Source of the DNA: Chthoniobacteraceae bacterium | Lineage (GTDB): Bacteria > Verrucomicrobiota > Verrucomicrobiia > Chthoniobacterales > Chthoniobacteraceae | Reading direction: 5' to 3' | NCBI GenBank assembly: GCA_037190965.1 | Contig: JBBCKI010000002.1 | Span: 82,543-146,542, forward strand | DNA length: 64,000 nt | Part shown: one piece after another, positions 50,024 through 59,821 of the stretch | Position numbering within the stretch: position 1 is the first letter of the stretch | Layout of the letters: each line of letters starts with the position of its first letter | Translations under genes and position numbers: made by a program | The notes under the pieces: model-generated | The model's input: the letters and a program-made list of their open reading frames with translations, nothing else | What the model was told of the DNA's origin: nothing | Databases searched by the model: none

Positions 50024-50434
50024 TTACCACCACTGCGACGGGCTCGTGGGAGAAATCGGCCCGTAGGGAGAATAGCACTCCCAATTCCGTGTTATTGGGT
50101 CATAAACCCGCGACCCAATGAAGGGGCGGCGATAGTAAATCCGCTCGCCAATAGGTTCGATGCCGAAGGGGCGATAATACGGCCTCACTCGAATCCCCAA
50201 ATCATATTGCGTTCCCGCCGTCAGGAACGGACGGGGAGCCCCTCCGGCAAAGGAGGGAAGGTAACGTCTCGTTACCGGATAATTGCAGGGGCGCACCCAA
50301 TCAGGCCGGTACGCTGCTACCGGCGCAGGACATCCATCGACCGGCGCGAGGCATTCGCCAACGGGCGAAGTACTGCAGCAGCCCCCCAACATTCCCATCG
50401 CAAGAATGGACAATGCCATGGATTTTGTTTTCAT
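50024..50434 (-). CDS. Small lipoprotein, PVGE family, paralog 2
   Basis: AAGGAA SD, lipobox LGGC, PVGEC and PIGE, YDPITRNWECYSPYGP. Confidence 0.8.
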   Translation of the reverse strand: MKTKSMALSILAMGMLGGCCSTSPVGECLAPVDGCPAPVAAYRPDWVRPCNYPVTRRYLPSFAGGAPRPFLTAGTQYDLGIRVRPYYRPFGIEPIGERIYYRRPFIGSRVYDPITRNWECYSPYGPISPTSPSQWW

Positions 50435-50550
50435 AGGGCATTCCTTTTCCAAATTTCCTTCCATCCCTGGGGGGGGCGCGCCACGCGCGCCCCCCTGCCG
50501 CACGCCCCCCGCCCCGTTTTGCATTGGGGCGGAGGCGCCGTCAGGTTCGA

Positions 50551-50772
50551 TCAATAGCAGCTCGGTGCCGTCGTCGTGGTAATGACCCTCTCACGGATGG
50601 GTGCAGGGCACGAACTGAACCGCGTTGGGCATGAGGCCACCGGCTCGAGGCATTCGCCGACAGGCGCGGGGCAATCGGTTGCGCATTCGCCGACAGGCGA
50701 ACATGCGCAGCCCGACAGCATCGTCGCGGCAACGGCGAACAGTGACATTCCGATCATGTGTTTTGTTTTCAT
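50551..50772 (-). CDS. Small Cys-rich lipoprotein, PVGE family, paralog 3
   Basis: Lipobox LSGC, 8 Cys in the 52-aa mature part, PVGEC twice. Confidence 0.8.
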   Translation of the reverse strand: MKTKHMIGMSLFAVAATMLSGCACSPVGECATDCPAPVGECLEPVASCPTRFSSCPAPIRERVITTTTAPSCY

Positions 50773-50807
50773 ATTATGCATTTTTCCTTTCCCAAATTTT
50801 CAAGGCT

Positions 50808-52337
50808 TCAAACCTTTCGAGAGCCCCCCGTTCTTCCGGGGCGGCAGGGCCGGGGCACCTGGCGCAAGCCATGCCCGGGAGCTTCTTCATCCACTCCATT
50901 GAAAGCTACGGATTCGTGATACTCCGCGTCCTGATTGACAGCCCATAAATCGTAAATTTTTTTGCCAGCGAGGATGTTTTCCACGCAAAGCATCGCCGTC
51001 ATCATGGCGTGATCCTGGTTATTATACTTATGCATTCCATTACGCCCCACGAGATGGAGACTAGGGAACGCTTGGGCGAGTTCCCGCCTCACCAAGCCGA
51101 CGCGCCGCGCATAGCCTTCATCGTAAACCGGGTATGCCTTTTTCTGCCGAACCACGCACCCGTCGATGATTTCATCGGGCCGCGCGAGACCGATCTGCGC
51201 GAGTTCCCGGGCGGCAAGCGCCTTGAGGGTTTCGTCGTCGGACTCCCAGAGACCGTCGCCCTCGAAGCAAAAATACTCCAGCCCATAGCAAGCCATCGCG
51301 GGATCTGGAACCATTTCCGGCGACCATGATTTGTAGTTCTGGATCCTCCCCACCTTGACGCCGGGATCATGGATATAGACCCAGTTATCATCGAAAAGAT
51401 TCCGGTCGCGGAGCATCACGGCGACGGTCAGAAAATCGCGATACCGGAGCGACGCCGCCGCCTGCAATGCCTCATTGGAAGGGCGCGGTTCCAAACCCCG
51501 CAACAGGTAAGGGATCGGCGCGGAAGAGATCACGTGATCGGCCTCCATCACACCGGCTTCCGTGCCTTCATGGCGCACTCGCCAGCGGCTCTTCGCCGCA
51601 TCGTAAGCACAACCCTGCACCCGGGTTCCCATGACGACTCTCCCCCCGTTCGCGCACACCTTGTCGGCGCAGGCATCCCACATCATTCCGGGGCCGCGCC
51701 GTGGATAGCGAAAGGCATGGATCAACGTTTTGATCACTTCACCGTGCCCATTCTTCCCCGGCATTACCGCGTTGCGAATGGCCTTGCCTAGTGAAAGCCC
51801 CTGGATGCGCTGCGCCGCCCAGTCCGCCGAGATCTCCCGGCAATCCATGCCCCACACCTTTTCCGTGTAGCTCTTGAAAAAGATCGAAAAAAGCCGCCGC
51901 CCGAATTGATTGCTCACCCATTGCTCGAAGTTTTCCGGGTTCCGCTCCGGGAATGCCTGGGCTTTGAGCCAGGAGAGGACGCATAGGGAGGAGTTGACGA
52001 CGCCCAGTTTCAGCAATGCCTCCGCCGGGCGCAACGGGTAGGCAAAGAACTTGCCGTTATAGTAGATGCGTGAAGAACGTGGGCGCTCCAGCAGGTCATC
52101 AGGAAGGATTTCCTGCCAGAGCGCCTCCACCTCGGGCGACTTTGAGAAGAACCGATGGCCACCAATATCGAAGTGGAAACCGTTGTATTTCACCGTTCGG
52201 GCAATCCCGCCCACGTAGACAGGATCCGCCTCGAAAACCGTCACCGCCGCGCCGCGTTTGGCCAGGAGATAGGCCGCCGTCAATCCGGCAGGGCCTGCAC
52301 CGATGATCGCCACCGTTGGTTTTGATTCACCGTTCAT
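50808..52337 (-). CDS. FAD-dependent oxidoreductase/mutase (UGM-like motifs)
   Basis: [39 protein letters not shown] overlap with the upstream gene. Confidence 0.85.
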   Translation of the reverse strand: MNGESKPTVAIIGAGPAGLTAAYLLAKRGAAVTVFEADPVYVGGIARTVKYNGFHFDIGGHRFFSKSPEVEALWQEILPDDLLERPRSSRIYYNGKFFAYPLRPAEALLKLGVVNSSLCVLSWLKAQAFPERNPENFEQWVSNQFGRRLFSIFFKSYTEKVWGMDCREISADWAAQRIQGLSLGKAIRNAVMPGKNGHGEVIKTLIHAFRYPRRGPGMMWDACADKVCANGGRVVMGTRVQGCAYDAAKSRWRVRHEGTEAGVMEADHVISSAPIPYLLRGLEPRPSNEALQAAASLRYRDFLTVAVMLRDRNLFDDNWVYIHDPGVKVGRIQNYKSWSPEMVPDPAMACYGLEYFCFEGDGLWESDDETLKALAARELAQIGLARPDEIIDGCVVRQKKAYPVYDEGYARRVGLVRRELAQAFPSLHLVGRNGMHKYNNQDHAMMTAMLCVENILAGKKIYDLWAVNQDAEYHESVAFNGVDEEAPGHGLRQVPRPCRPGRTGGSRKV

Positions 52338-53695
52338 CAAGCAAACCAGCCTCCCCTGGTGAATACCGCTGCGTAATAGCCCTGCAACCACCACCCCGCC
52401 GCCGTGAGCAACGCGGCCGCCACCCAGAACGCCCCGCGTACCATCACGCTCTGCGGAGGGACTTTGGCGAGAAGATGAGCCGCCGCCAACGCCCCCAGGG
52501 CATAGGTGCAGAACTGATACCGAATCATGCTCTCGAATCCGACGGAGGCCACCCCTGCCGCCGAGACATAGAAGATCGCGGCCGCGCAGAAGTAGAACGG
52601 AAGCCGCTCCCGAAATCCGGAGCCGATACCCCGCCGCCGCGCCTGCCACAGAGCCGCAAGCTCCGCCAACGCCATTCCTGCTGCCAGCCAGAGCGTCACC
52701 GCCATGCTGAACCGGCTAACCTCCCGGGGCGCTTCCCAATCGGGCGTCAGCAAAGAATAGTGACTCCAGCGAAGCGGTTCCAAATAGTCCGGGGTAACAC
52801 CCCACCCGGCCTTCTGCGTTTGCATATAAAAATCCCAGGAGCCAAACCGCGCCTGACAGAACGCGAAGAACAACACAGCGCCGAGCACGGAGACAAACAG
52901 GATCCAGAACCGCCGTTCGAGACGACGCAGGATGCCACCCTCGCCCCCGCCTGCGGCCGCGGCGCACGGAATGCCGACGATCCGTGTGGCCGTCATGCAA
53001 AAGCCGTGCGCCGCCGCCAACAATGCCGCCGCTTTTCCGGGACGGGAGGACCAGAAAAGAAAACCCAGCAGCGCCGCAAGAAAGAGAGATTCCGAATAAG
53101 CCGCGACCATGAAGAACGCCGCCGGGTGCGCCGCTATGACGATCAGGATCGCCGCCCCCACCGGCCACGGAACGCGCCACCGCATCATGAACGCCGCGGC
53201 ATAGCTCCAGACTAGCCACGCGCTCAATTGCGCGGCAAGCAGCAGGGCGTTGCGCGGCTCGAGATCCCACCGCTGCTGGATCCACCCGGCAAGCAACGGA
53301 TAACCCGGAAAGAAGGCGACGTTGGAGACTTCGAAGGACTTGTAAGGCGCAGGAGGAACCGGGCTGCCGTAGCCCCGCGCCATGATGTTCTCGAACCAAA
53401 AGCTGTCATGCTGCACCAGCGAGGCATACCGCCCTGGCACCCCCTCGTCGTCGGGCGCAAAGGAGAGAACGATCATGAGTTGAATCAGCGTGAGACACAG
53501 CCCGGCGAACAATGCGAGCGCCGAGCGGGCGATCACCGAACCTAAGCGGCTCTTTCCGGCCTGCATCCCGACGAGAGAAGCATCGACCTCTCGCACTGGC
53601 GCGGGCTCGCTCACCCTCGGTTCATGGCTCTCACCGCCGCCATTGACCCGCCCCGTCCTGCCGTACTCCGAGTTGTCTTGTTCCTGCCGGTTCAT
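52337..53695 (-). CDS. GT-C fold membrane glycosyltransferase (PIG-V/mannosyltransferase-like)
   Basis: [27 protein letters not shown], many TM helices. Confidence 0.8.
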   Translation of the reverse strand: MNRQEQDNSEYGRTGRVNGGGESHEPRVSEPAPVREVDASLVGMQAGKSRLGSVIARSALALFAGLCLTLIQLMIVLSFAPDDEGVPGRYASLVQHDSFWFENIMARGYGSPVPPAPYKSFEVSNVAFFPGYPLLAGWIQQRWDLEPRNALLLAAQLSAWLVWSYAAAFMMRWRVPWPVGAAILIVIAAHPAAFFMVAAYSESLFLAALLGFLFWSSRPGKAAALLAAAHGFCMTATRIVGIPCAAAAGGGEGGILRRLERRFWILFVSVLGAVLFFAFCQARFGSWDFYMQTQKAGWGVTPDYLEPLRWSHYSLLTPDWEAPREVSRFSMAVTLWLAAGMALAELAALWQARRRGIGSGFRERLPFYFCAAAIFYVSAAGVASVGFESMIRYQFCTYALGALAAAHLLAKVPPQSVMVRGAFWVAAALLTAAGWWLQGYYAAVFTRGGWFA

Positions 53696-54153
53696 ACACG
53701 CCACGTCACAAGATTGTTGAGGCCGAAGTTCCACACGGCCGCCATGGCCGCGCCCACCACATTGGCCATTTGATAATGGAGCGACTGGTGATGATGCAGG
53801 AAAAGCAGGACCTGCCAGTTGATGAGCATCCCCACGCTATTGATGACAAAATAAAGCGCGGAACGCGTCGGGAACGAGCTGCGTACAGGGCGATCCCCCC
53901 AGGTCCAAAGCTCATTAAGCAAAAACGTCACCGCCATCGACGCGAAGATCGCCACGATCGAAGCCCTGGAGAGCGGTATTCCAAGCTTGCCATGCAGGAG
54001 CCAGAGCCCCGCCAGGCTCAGCCCCAGGCCGAGTGTGCCGACGAGAAGGAACTTCTCCACTCGCGCGGCCATTTGCGCCGTCCGGCTCAGCCGCCAATCT
54101 TCTTTGGAATATAAACTTGACATACCCCCTGTCATGAGCCGGATCGGCTTCAC
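53692..54153 (-). CDS. GtrA family protein
   Basis: KFLLVG, FLLNELWTW, WNFGLN; four TM helices; start uncertain. Confidence 0.88.
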   Translation of the reverse strand: MKPIRLMTGGMSSLYSKEDWRLSRTAQMAARVEKFLLVGTLGLGLSLAGLWLLHGKLGIPLSRASIVAIFASMAVTFLLNELWTWGDRPVRSSFPTRSALYFVINSVGMLINWQVLLFLHHHQSLHYQMANVVGAAMAAVWNFGLNNLVTWRV

Positions 54154-54200
54154 CGAGGGTCATGGTTGTGTAGGGGGAGCCGGGGTTTATCCGGAAAATC

Positions 54201-54812
54201 TCAAAACAAACCGTGCAGCCATTGGAGGCCCGTTTTTCCCAGTACGAGCCATGCTGCCAGATAAGCCCACGCGAACACCCCCATGAAATAGCCCGCCAGC
54301 ACTACCAGCCCGTCGCGCTCCATCATTCCCGCCGCGAGAAGGAAGATGGACAGAGCCGGGAACGTATTGGAAAAAGGGATCGGCAATGGAAGCAGAAGAA
54401 AGCAGCCCCCCGCGAAGATCCCGAACCCGATCAGGTTCAACATTCCCGGCCAATGCTGGAGAAAATGCATGCGAGGCTTCACCACCTTCTCCATCCGCGT
54501 GGTGATCTTGATCAGCAGGCCAACCAGCTTATCCAGCGTTTTCCGCGATAGTTCCTTGCGGAGAATAAACTCCGGCAGCCATGGTTTACGCCCGACCGCG
54601 ATCCGCAAACCCATGATGCCGATGGCGACTCCGAACGGGGTGGAGAGCCCCGGAATATTCGGGACAAGGAAAGGCGCGGAAAGGAGCATGATCAAAAGCG
54701 CAAAACCCCGGCCTTTGAGCCGGGCTTCGATCTCCCCCAGCGTCAAGGGACGTCCCTCTTCGAGCAGCGCGCTCAAATCATCGGAAAGACGGGTTTCGGG
54801 TTGTTCGCTCAT
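54201..54812 (-). CDS. exoD: ExoD family protein
   Basis: IPGLSTPFG, PWLP, LPLPIPFSNTFP, ERDG. Confidence 0.88.
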   Translation of the reverse strand: MSEQPETRLSDDLSALLEEGRPLTLGEIEARLKGRGFALLIMLLSAPFLVPNIPGLSTPFGVAIGIMGLRIAVGRKPWLPEFILRKELSRKTLDKLVGLLIKITTRMEKVVKPRMHFLQHWPGMLNLIGFGIFAGGCFLLLPLPIPFSNTFPALSIFLLAAGMMERDGLVVLAGYFMGVFAWAYLAAWLVLGKTGLQWLHGLF

Positions 54813-54921
54813 GTGGACGCCTGCGGATACTCCAATTTCCCACCCTCTTGGCAATTCCGGAAATTATTTTCGAGAGATGCTCTAGCCAAGTGCCACCCGC
54901 TTCCTTATGTTGTTCCTTCCT

Positions 54922-56757
54922 ATGGAAGCCGAAATTGAAAAAGCCGTACAAGCGGGAAAGCTCACCCCGGAAGCCGCCAAAGCCCTGGAGAGCCTGCCAC
55001 CCGGAGTTTACTGCTTACACAAAAGCTGGGGCTTCGGGCGCATCGCGCAGGTCGATTTTCTCCTCAATCAAGTGGTCATCGACTTCAAGACCAAGAAGGG
55101 GCACACGATGCAGCCCCAGTATGCTGCCGAATCGCTCGTAGCGCTCCCGGAAGAACACATCCTCGTTCAGAAGACCATCAAGACCGACGCCGTAAAGGCT
55201 TTGGCCCGGGAAAACGCGGGGGATCTGGTTCGCATCATCCTCAAAAGCTACGGCGGCAAAGCCACTCAGGACCAGATCGCGCAGGCGCTTTCCGGCGAAA
55301 TTTTCAACGAAGCGGAGTTCAAGCGGTGGTGGGACGCCACCAAGAAGGTCCTCAAGAAGGACGGGCACATCGCCCTTCCCGCCAAGAAGACCGAACCCAT
55401 CGTCCTGCGTGAAGAAGCCGTCTCCCACGCCGACGAACTCCTCACCGCCTTCACCTCCGCCCGCCAGACCAAGGCGCAGATCGCCGCGCTCGACCAGATT
55501 CTCCGCAACTTCCGCGAGTTGGAGACTGAGAAACTCAAGATCGTCATCGCCGCCGCGGAAGATGCCGCGCAGAAGAGCCGCCGCCTCAACACCGCGCAAA
55601 CCGTGGAGCTCCTCCTTGGCCGCGACGAACTGACCGAGGCTGCCGAGCTTCCCGCCGGTTGTGGTTCCCTGACCCTTGCGGAAGTGATCCGCGATGAGGA
55701 ACGCCGCTTCCACGAGATCATCGTCGAAATTCCCGCCGCCAAGCAGCGCCGGGTGCTTTCCGCCTACCCGAAAGCCTGGGAAGACCCGATCTGGGTTGAA
55801 AAACTGCTCTCGCTCATCAGCCGTTCCGGCCTGCGTACCGTCACCGAAGGAGCCCGCCTGATGGTGGAACTCGGCAAGCCGGCCGAACTGCGCCGCGAGT
55901 TGGGACGCTGGATCAGCGATCACACGATTTCCACGGAAGTCCTCACCTGGCTCTGCAAAGAACGCGAAGGAGCCTTCGCCGATCTCGTCGATGCCCGTGT
56001 GCTCAGCGCCATCCTTTCCGCCCTGGAGCGCGACCAGTTCAACGAAATCAAACGAGGCGGCAAGCTCCACGACATTCTGTTGGAGGACCGCGAACTGGTT
56101 CCCGACATGCTCAACGGCGCGGAGCCCGAAACCGTCCGCGACACCATCCGCAAGGTGATGCTCTCCGGCGTGTTCGAAGAGCTCAACAAACGCTCGATCC
56201 TGGGGCGCATCGTCCGCGTTTTCCCCGAGATGGAATCGCTCCTGACCGGCGGCGACACCGCTGAGAAGCAGGAAGCCCTCGTCGTCTCGTGGGAGAGCCT
56301 GGAGAAGCGCAAAAACGACTACGAAGAGCTCATCACCAAAAAAATCCCGGAAAACACCAAGGAAATTTCGGTCGCCCGTTCCTACGGTGATCTTCGGGAG
56401 AACTTCGAGTTCAAGGCCGCCAAGGAAATGCAGCGCGTTCTCATGCGCCGCAAAGCCGAAACCGAACGCGAGCTCTCGCTGGCGCGCGGCACCGACTTTG
56501 CCAACCCCGACACCAATCAGGTTTCCATCGGCACCATCGTCACCTTGCGCGAGGTGAAAAGCGGGAAGGAAGAGGTCTTCACCATCCTCGGCGCATGGGA
56601 CAGTGATCCCGCCAAGGGGATCATCTCCTACAAGGCCGCCATCGCCCAGGCGCTGCTCGGCCACAAGGTAGGCGAGCAGATCGAAGTGCCCGCCGAACAC
56701 GGCGAACGCACGGCGGAGATCGTCTCCATCGCCGCCTACCGCAAGCCGGAGGCTTAA
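54922..56757 (+). CDS. greA: GreA elongation factor with long N-terminal extension
   Basis: C-terminal GDLRENFEFKAAK and Gre C-domain; N-terminal HKSWGFG segment. Confidence 0.9.
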   Translation: MEAEIEKAVQAGKLTPEAAKALESLPPGVYCLHKSWGFGRIAQVDFLLNQVVIDFKTKKGHTMQPQYAAESLVALPEEHILVQKTIKTDAVKALARENAGDLVRIILKSYGGKATQDQIAQALSGEIFNEAEFKRWWDATKKVLKKDGHIALPAKKTEPIVLREEAVSHADELLTAFTSARQTKAQIAALDQILRNFRELETEKLKIVIAAAEDAAQKSRRLNTAQTVELLLGRDELTEAAELPAGCGSLTLAEVIRDEERRFHEIIVEIPAAKQRRVLSAYPKAWEDPIWVEKLLSLISRSGLRTVTEGARLMVELGKPAELRRELGRWISDHTISTEVLTWLCKEREGAFADLVDARVLSAILSALERDQFNEIKRGGKLHDILLEDRELVPDMLNGAEPETVRDTIRKVMLSGVFEELNKRSILGRIVRVFPEMESLLTGGDTAEKQEALVVSWESLEKRKNDYEELITKKIPENTKEISVARSYGDLRENFEFKAAKEMQRVLMRRKAETERELSLARGTDFANPDTNQVSIGTIVTLREVKSGKEEVFTILGAWDSDPAKGIISYKAAIAQALLGHKVGEQIEVPAEHGERTAEIVSIAAYRKPEA

Positions 56758-56784
56758 ACCCAGGCCCAGGCCAGGATCAGGAAT

Positions 56785-56815
56785 GCAAGGGGAGCCGCGC
56801 GCTCCCCTCGCCCTT
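56785..56815 (+). terminator. GC hairpin after greA
   Basis: AGGGGAGC/GCTCCCCT stem, weak T-tail. Confidence 0.45.
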
Positions 56816-56826
56816 CACCAGAATTC

Positions 56827-57576
56827 ATGAGCGATTATCTCAAAGCCGCCATTGAGGCCGCCCGCGCCGCGGGCCGGCTTCTCAAGGAAAACTTCGGCAA
56901 GAACCTTGATGTCAATGCCTTCGAGGCGCACGACATCAAGCTTGAGCTCGATGTCCGTTCGCAGGAACTCATCACCGGCATTATTCTGGAGCGCTTCCCC
57001 GATCACGCGATCTACGGGGAGGAAGGCATCGCGGGCAACCAGGAGAGTCCGTTCCAGTGGATCGTCGATCCCATCGACGGCACCGTGAATTTCTTCTACG
57101 GCGTCCCCCACTTCTGCATCTCCATTGCCCTCCGCAAAGGGAGCGAGATGATCGTCGGCGTCATTTACGACCCGATGCGCGACGAACTCTGGGAAGTGCA
57201 ACGCGGCGGCCCAGCCCTGCTCAACGGGCAACCCTGCAAGGTCAGCAGCCGCACGAAGCTGAGCGACGCGGTGCTCTCCGTCGGTTTTTCCAAAACGAAA
57301 ACCACCATCGCCACCGGCCTTCCTCTTTTTGAGAAAATGATTGGCAAAGCGCGGAAATGCCGCCTCATGGGAAGCGCGGCCCTCGACCTCGCCTATATTG
57401 CTTCTGGGCGGCTCGACGCCTACATCGAATCGTCCGTGAGCCTCTGGGACATCGCCGCCGGGCAGCTTCTGGTGGAAGCCGCGGGCGGAAAAGTCGAAAC
57501 GCATCCGCGCGAAGACAATCCGGACAAAATTTCCATCGTCGCCTCCAGCGGCGTCGTGGATCTCAACGTCGATTGA
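56827..57576 (+). CDS. suhB: Inositol monophosphatase family protein
   Basis: GEE, DPIDGT, GSAALD, WDIAAG. Confidence 0.88.
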   Translation: MSDYLKAAIEAARAAGRLLKENFGKNLDVNAFEAHDIKLELDVRSQELITGIILERFPDHAIYGEEGIAGNQESPFQWIVDPIDGTVNFFYGVPHFCISIALRKGSEMIVGVIYDPMRDELWEVQRGGPALLNGQPCKVSSRTKLSDAVLSVGFSKTKTTIATGLPLFEKMIGKARKCRLMGSAALDLAYIASGRLDAYIESSVSLWDIAAGQLLVEAAGGKVETHPREDNPDKISIVASSGVVDLNVD

Positions 57577-57590
57577 ACCAGCAAAACGCC

Positions 57591-58082
57591 ATGAACCTCG
57601 TCGGCATCGGTTACGACATCCACGCCTTCGCCCCCATCTCCGCCGGGCGCAAACTCGTCCTCGGGGGGGTGGAAATCCCGCATGAAGCGGGCCTCGACGG
57701 TCATTCCGACGCCGACGTGCTCTGCCACGCCATCGCCGACGCCATTCTTGGCGCGGTCGGCGACAACGATATCGGCCATCATTTCCCGAATACCGACGAA
57801 TCGATCCGGGGGATCAGCAGCCTGGAGATCGTCCGCAAAAGCGCCGCCATCGTCGCTGCCCAAGGGGGCCGGGTCATCAACATTGACTCCAGCCTCATCG
57901 CGGAAGCGCCCAAGATTGGCCCACACCTCGCAGCCATGCGCCAGAACCTCTCGGAAGCCCTGGGGCTTGACCCAAAGCGCATCGGCATCAAGGCAACGAC
58001 CAACGAACGCCTCGGCTCCATCGGCCGCAAGGAAGGCATCGCCGCCATGGCGGTCGCCAGCGTGGAATTGCCCGGGGCGTAG
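57591..58082 (+). CDS. ispF: 2-C-methyl-D-erythritol 2,4-cyclodiphosphate synthase
   Basis: GYDIH, GHSDADV, DIGHHFP, KATTNE; ATG at 57591. Confidence 0.96.
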   Translation: MNLVGIGYDIHAFAPISAGRKLVLGGVEIPHEAGLDGHSDADVLCHAIADAILGAVGDNDIGHHFPNTDESIRGISSLEIVRKSAAIVAAQGGRVINIDSSLIAEAPKIGPHLAAMRQNLSEALGLDPKRIGIKATTNERLGSIGRKEGIAAMAVASVELPGA

Positions 58083-58111
58083 TTTTATCTCGAACGCCGA
58101 TTTTGGAGAAA

Positions 58112-58277
58112 GGTAGCCCGCTCTCGCCGAGAGCGCGGGATTGATCAAGAGTCGCGTTTGACGCTCATCCCCGCAGGACGAGTTGAACGGGCTGCTGGTA
58201 TTGGGATGAGGCCCTCATGAAGCACGGAGTCGATACCCGCGCTCGACGGCGCGAGCGGGCTACCGGGGCACCGCACC
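58112..58277 (+). repeat. REPIN-like family A, copy A6 (near consensus)
   Basis: GGTAGCCCGCTCTCGCCGAGAGCGCGGG ... CCCGCGCTCGACGGCGCGAGCGGGCTACC. Confidence 0.93.
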
Positions 58278-58317
58278 GCTGATTTCTGGTGCAGCCGCGA
58301 AACCAGCGGCATCTTCG

Positions 58318-59652
58318 CTACTCCCCCTTCGTCTGAAAATCCTCCGGACGATAAGTCATCATGGGCAGATCAGGAATGGAAGCGGCCATCGCGGACGGGG
58401 GTGGCGACGAAGGCGTAGGGGCAATCAGTTGCTGCACCGGAATCAAAAACTCTTCGGAGGTGGGCACATTGAGATCGTCCTCATAATGAACAAGCGTCAC
58501 CAACCGGCTTAAGCCGTCAAAGTTATCGAACAGTTCCGTCGCCGGTGCATCACTGATCTCAAAGCCCGGTTGCGCCATGCGGCGGGCCGCCCGCACCCTG
58601 TCGGCGGGGCTTGGATGGGTATCGAGCACCCGCGTCTTCTCAAGCCCGACCCCATTCCGGATTTTTTCCCTTCTCTCCTCGGACGTGCGCGCCAGACGAT
58701 GAGCCAACAGCACCGGCAGATTGTCCGGAAGCTGATATTGCCTGTCCCACGTGCGCCGCATCTCCCGGTGGACGTCCGACATCTCGGCACCGAGAATGGC
58801 CAGCTTCAACGTCGTTGATTCGAAGGCTTCGCTCCCTGCCAGCGTAATCTCGGCGGCATCCGCGTCATATTCCATTTGCCGGAGCAACAGCGCGCAGATC
58901 GAATGCCCCACGATCATCAACACCCATAGCACGCGCCGGGAGAGCCATACCCCAAACCGGACGCAGTTCGCCATGAGGTTGACCCATAACTCTTCCGTCT
59001 CCGCCCACGATTCAATGGTCTCGTCCCAACCATCCCGTTCGTAAATCACCCGTGCAAACCAACCGTTGACCCGCCGGATCACGTAGCTCAACCGCATTCC
59101 CACCCCTTGCCGGAAGTGACCGAACTCATGCGCGATCACCCCCGCCAACTCCCGCTCGGAGAGCCCCGCGACGAGCGGTAAACCAAGCGTCAGAATCAGT
59201 TTATTGCGAAACAAACCGCTCCATCCTCCCTCAAAATGCGCGGAGGCATTGACGGCACAATCGAGCTGAATCCGTGTAGGGGCCGGAGCGGCAAGCAACC
59301 GGCAAATTTCATTGACGCAGGAATAGACACGCGGCTCCATCTGCGGGTCGAGCGCCAGCGGTTGCATCTGGCGCGCCCTGCGGGCGAAGAACGGCTTCAC
59401 CATGAACAACGCGATGGTTCCTCCCGCGAGCAGTGGCGTCACCGAGCAAATCACCTTGATGGCAAGGGCATACTTGGTGTGGCCGAGCGACCACCCCCAG
59501 ATGGCCATAAAGTCATTGACCGCGAAGTAATAAACACCCCAGCAAACCGACGCGATCAGCGCGGCATAAATACAGGGAAGAATCAGCATCCCTATCGCCA
59601 CCAAAAACAACCCAAGCTGATAGAGTATCGTTGGCCTTCGTGCCGGAACCAT
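58318..59652 (-). CDS. M48 family metallopeptidase
   Basis: HEFGH, EYDAD, THPS, TM helices. Confidence 0.9.
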   Translation of the reverse strand: MVPARRPTILYQLGLFLVAIGMLILPCIYAALIASVCWGVYYFAVNDFMAIWGWSLGHTKYALAIKVICSVTPLLAGGTIALFMVKPFFARRARQMQPLALDPQMEPRVYSCVNEICRLLAAPAPTRIQLDCAVNASAHFEGGWSGLFRNKLILTLGLPLVAGLSERELAGVIAHEFGHFRQGVGMRLSYVIRRVNGWFARVIYERDGWDETIESWAETEELWVNLMANCVRFGVWLSRRVLWVLMIVGHSICALLLRQMEYDADAAEITLAGSEAFESTTLKLAILGAEMSDVHREMRRTWDRQYQLPDNLPVLLAHRLARTSEERREKIRNGVGLEKTRVLDTHPSPADRVRAARRMAQPGFEISDAPATELFDNFDGLSRLVTLVHYEDDLNVPTSEEFLIPVQQLIAPTPSSPPPSAMAASIPDLPMMTYRPEDFQTKGE

Positions 59653-59821
59653 GGGTGGCGATCTTGCCTCGGATCGCCGATTTTTCTAGAAAATAGTGGA
59701 TCAAATTGCCGGGTAGGCCGAGCCTTTCAGGGGCTTTCACTGAGGACAAACTCGGGGAGAACATCGTTTTTTGAAAAAAAAGCGGCCAATTGCCGAAATT
59801 GCGCTACGCTCCGCGCCTGTC

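Noticed and set aside
49669..50772. PVGE peptides as substrates of the ATP-grasp enzyme (graspetide RiPP)
   Set aside because: The ATP-grasp gene is about 19 kb away, and the peptides have lipoprotein signals rather than graspetide leaders or cores.
55015..56700. Long antisense or alternative-frame ORFs (also 3573-5216, 8184-9542, 24597-25787, 46492-47955)
   Set aside because: Shadow ORFs caused by high-GC codon bias opposite well-supported genes.
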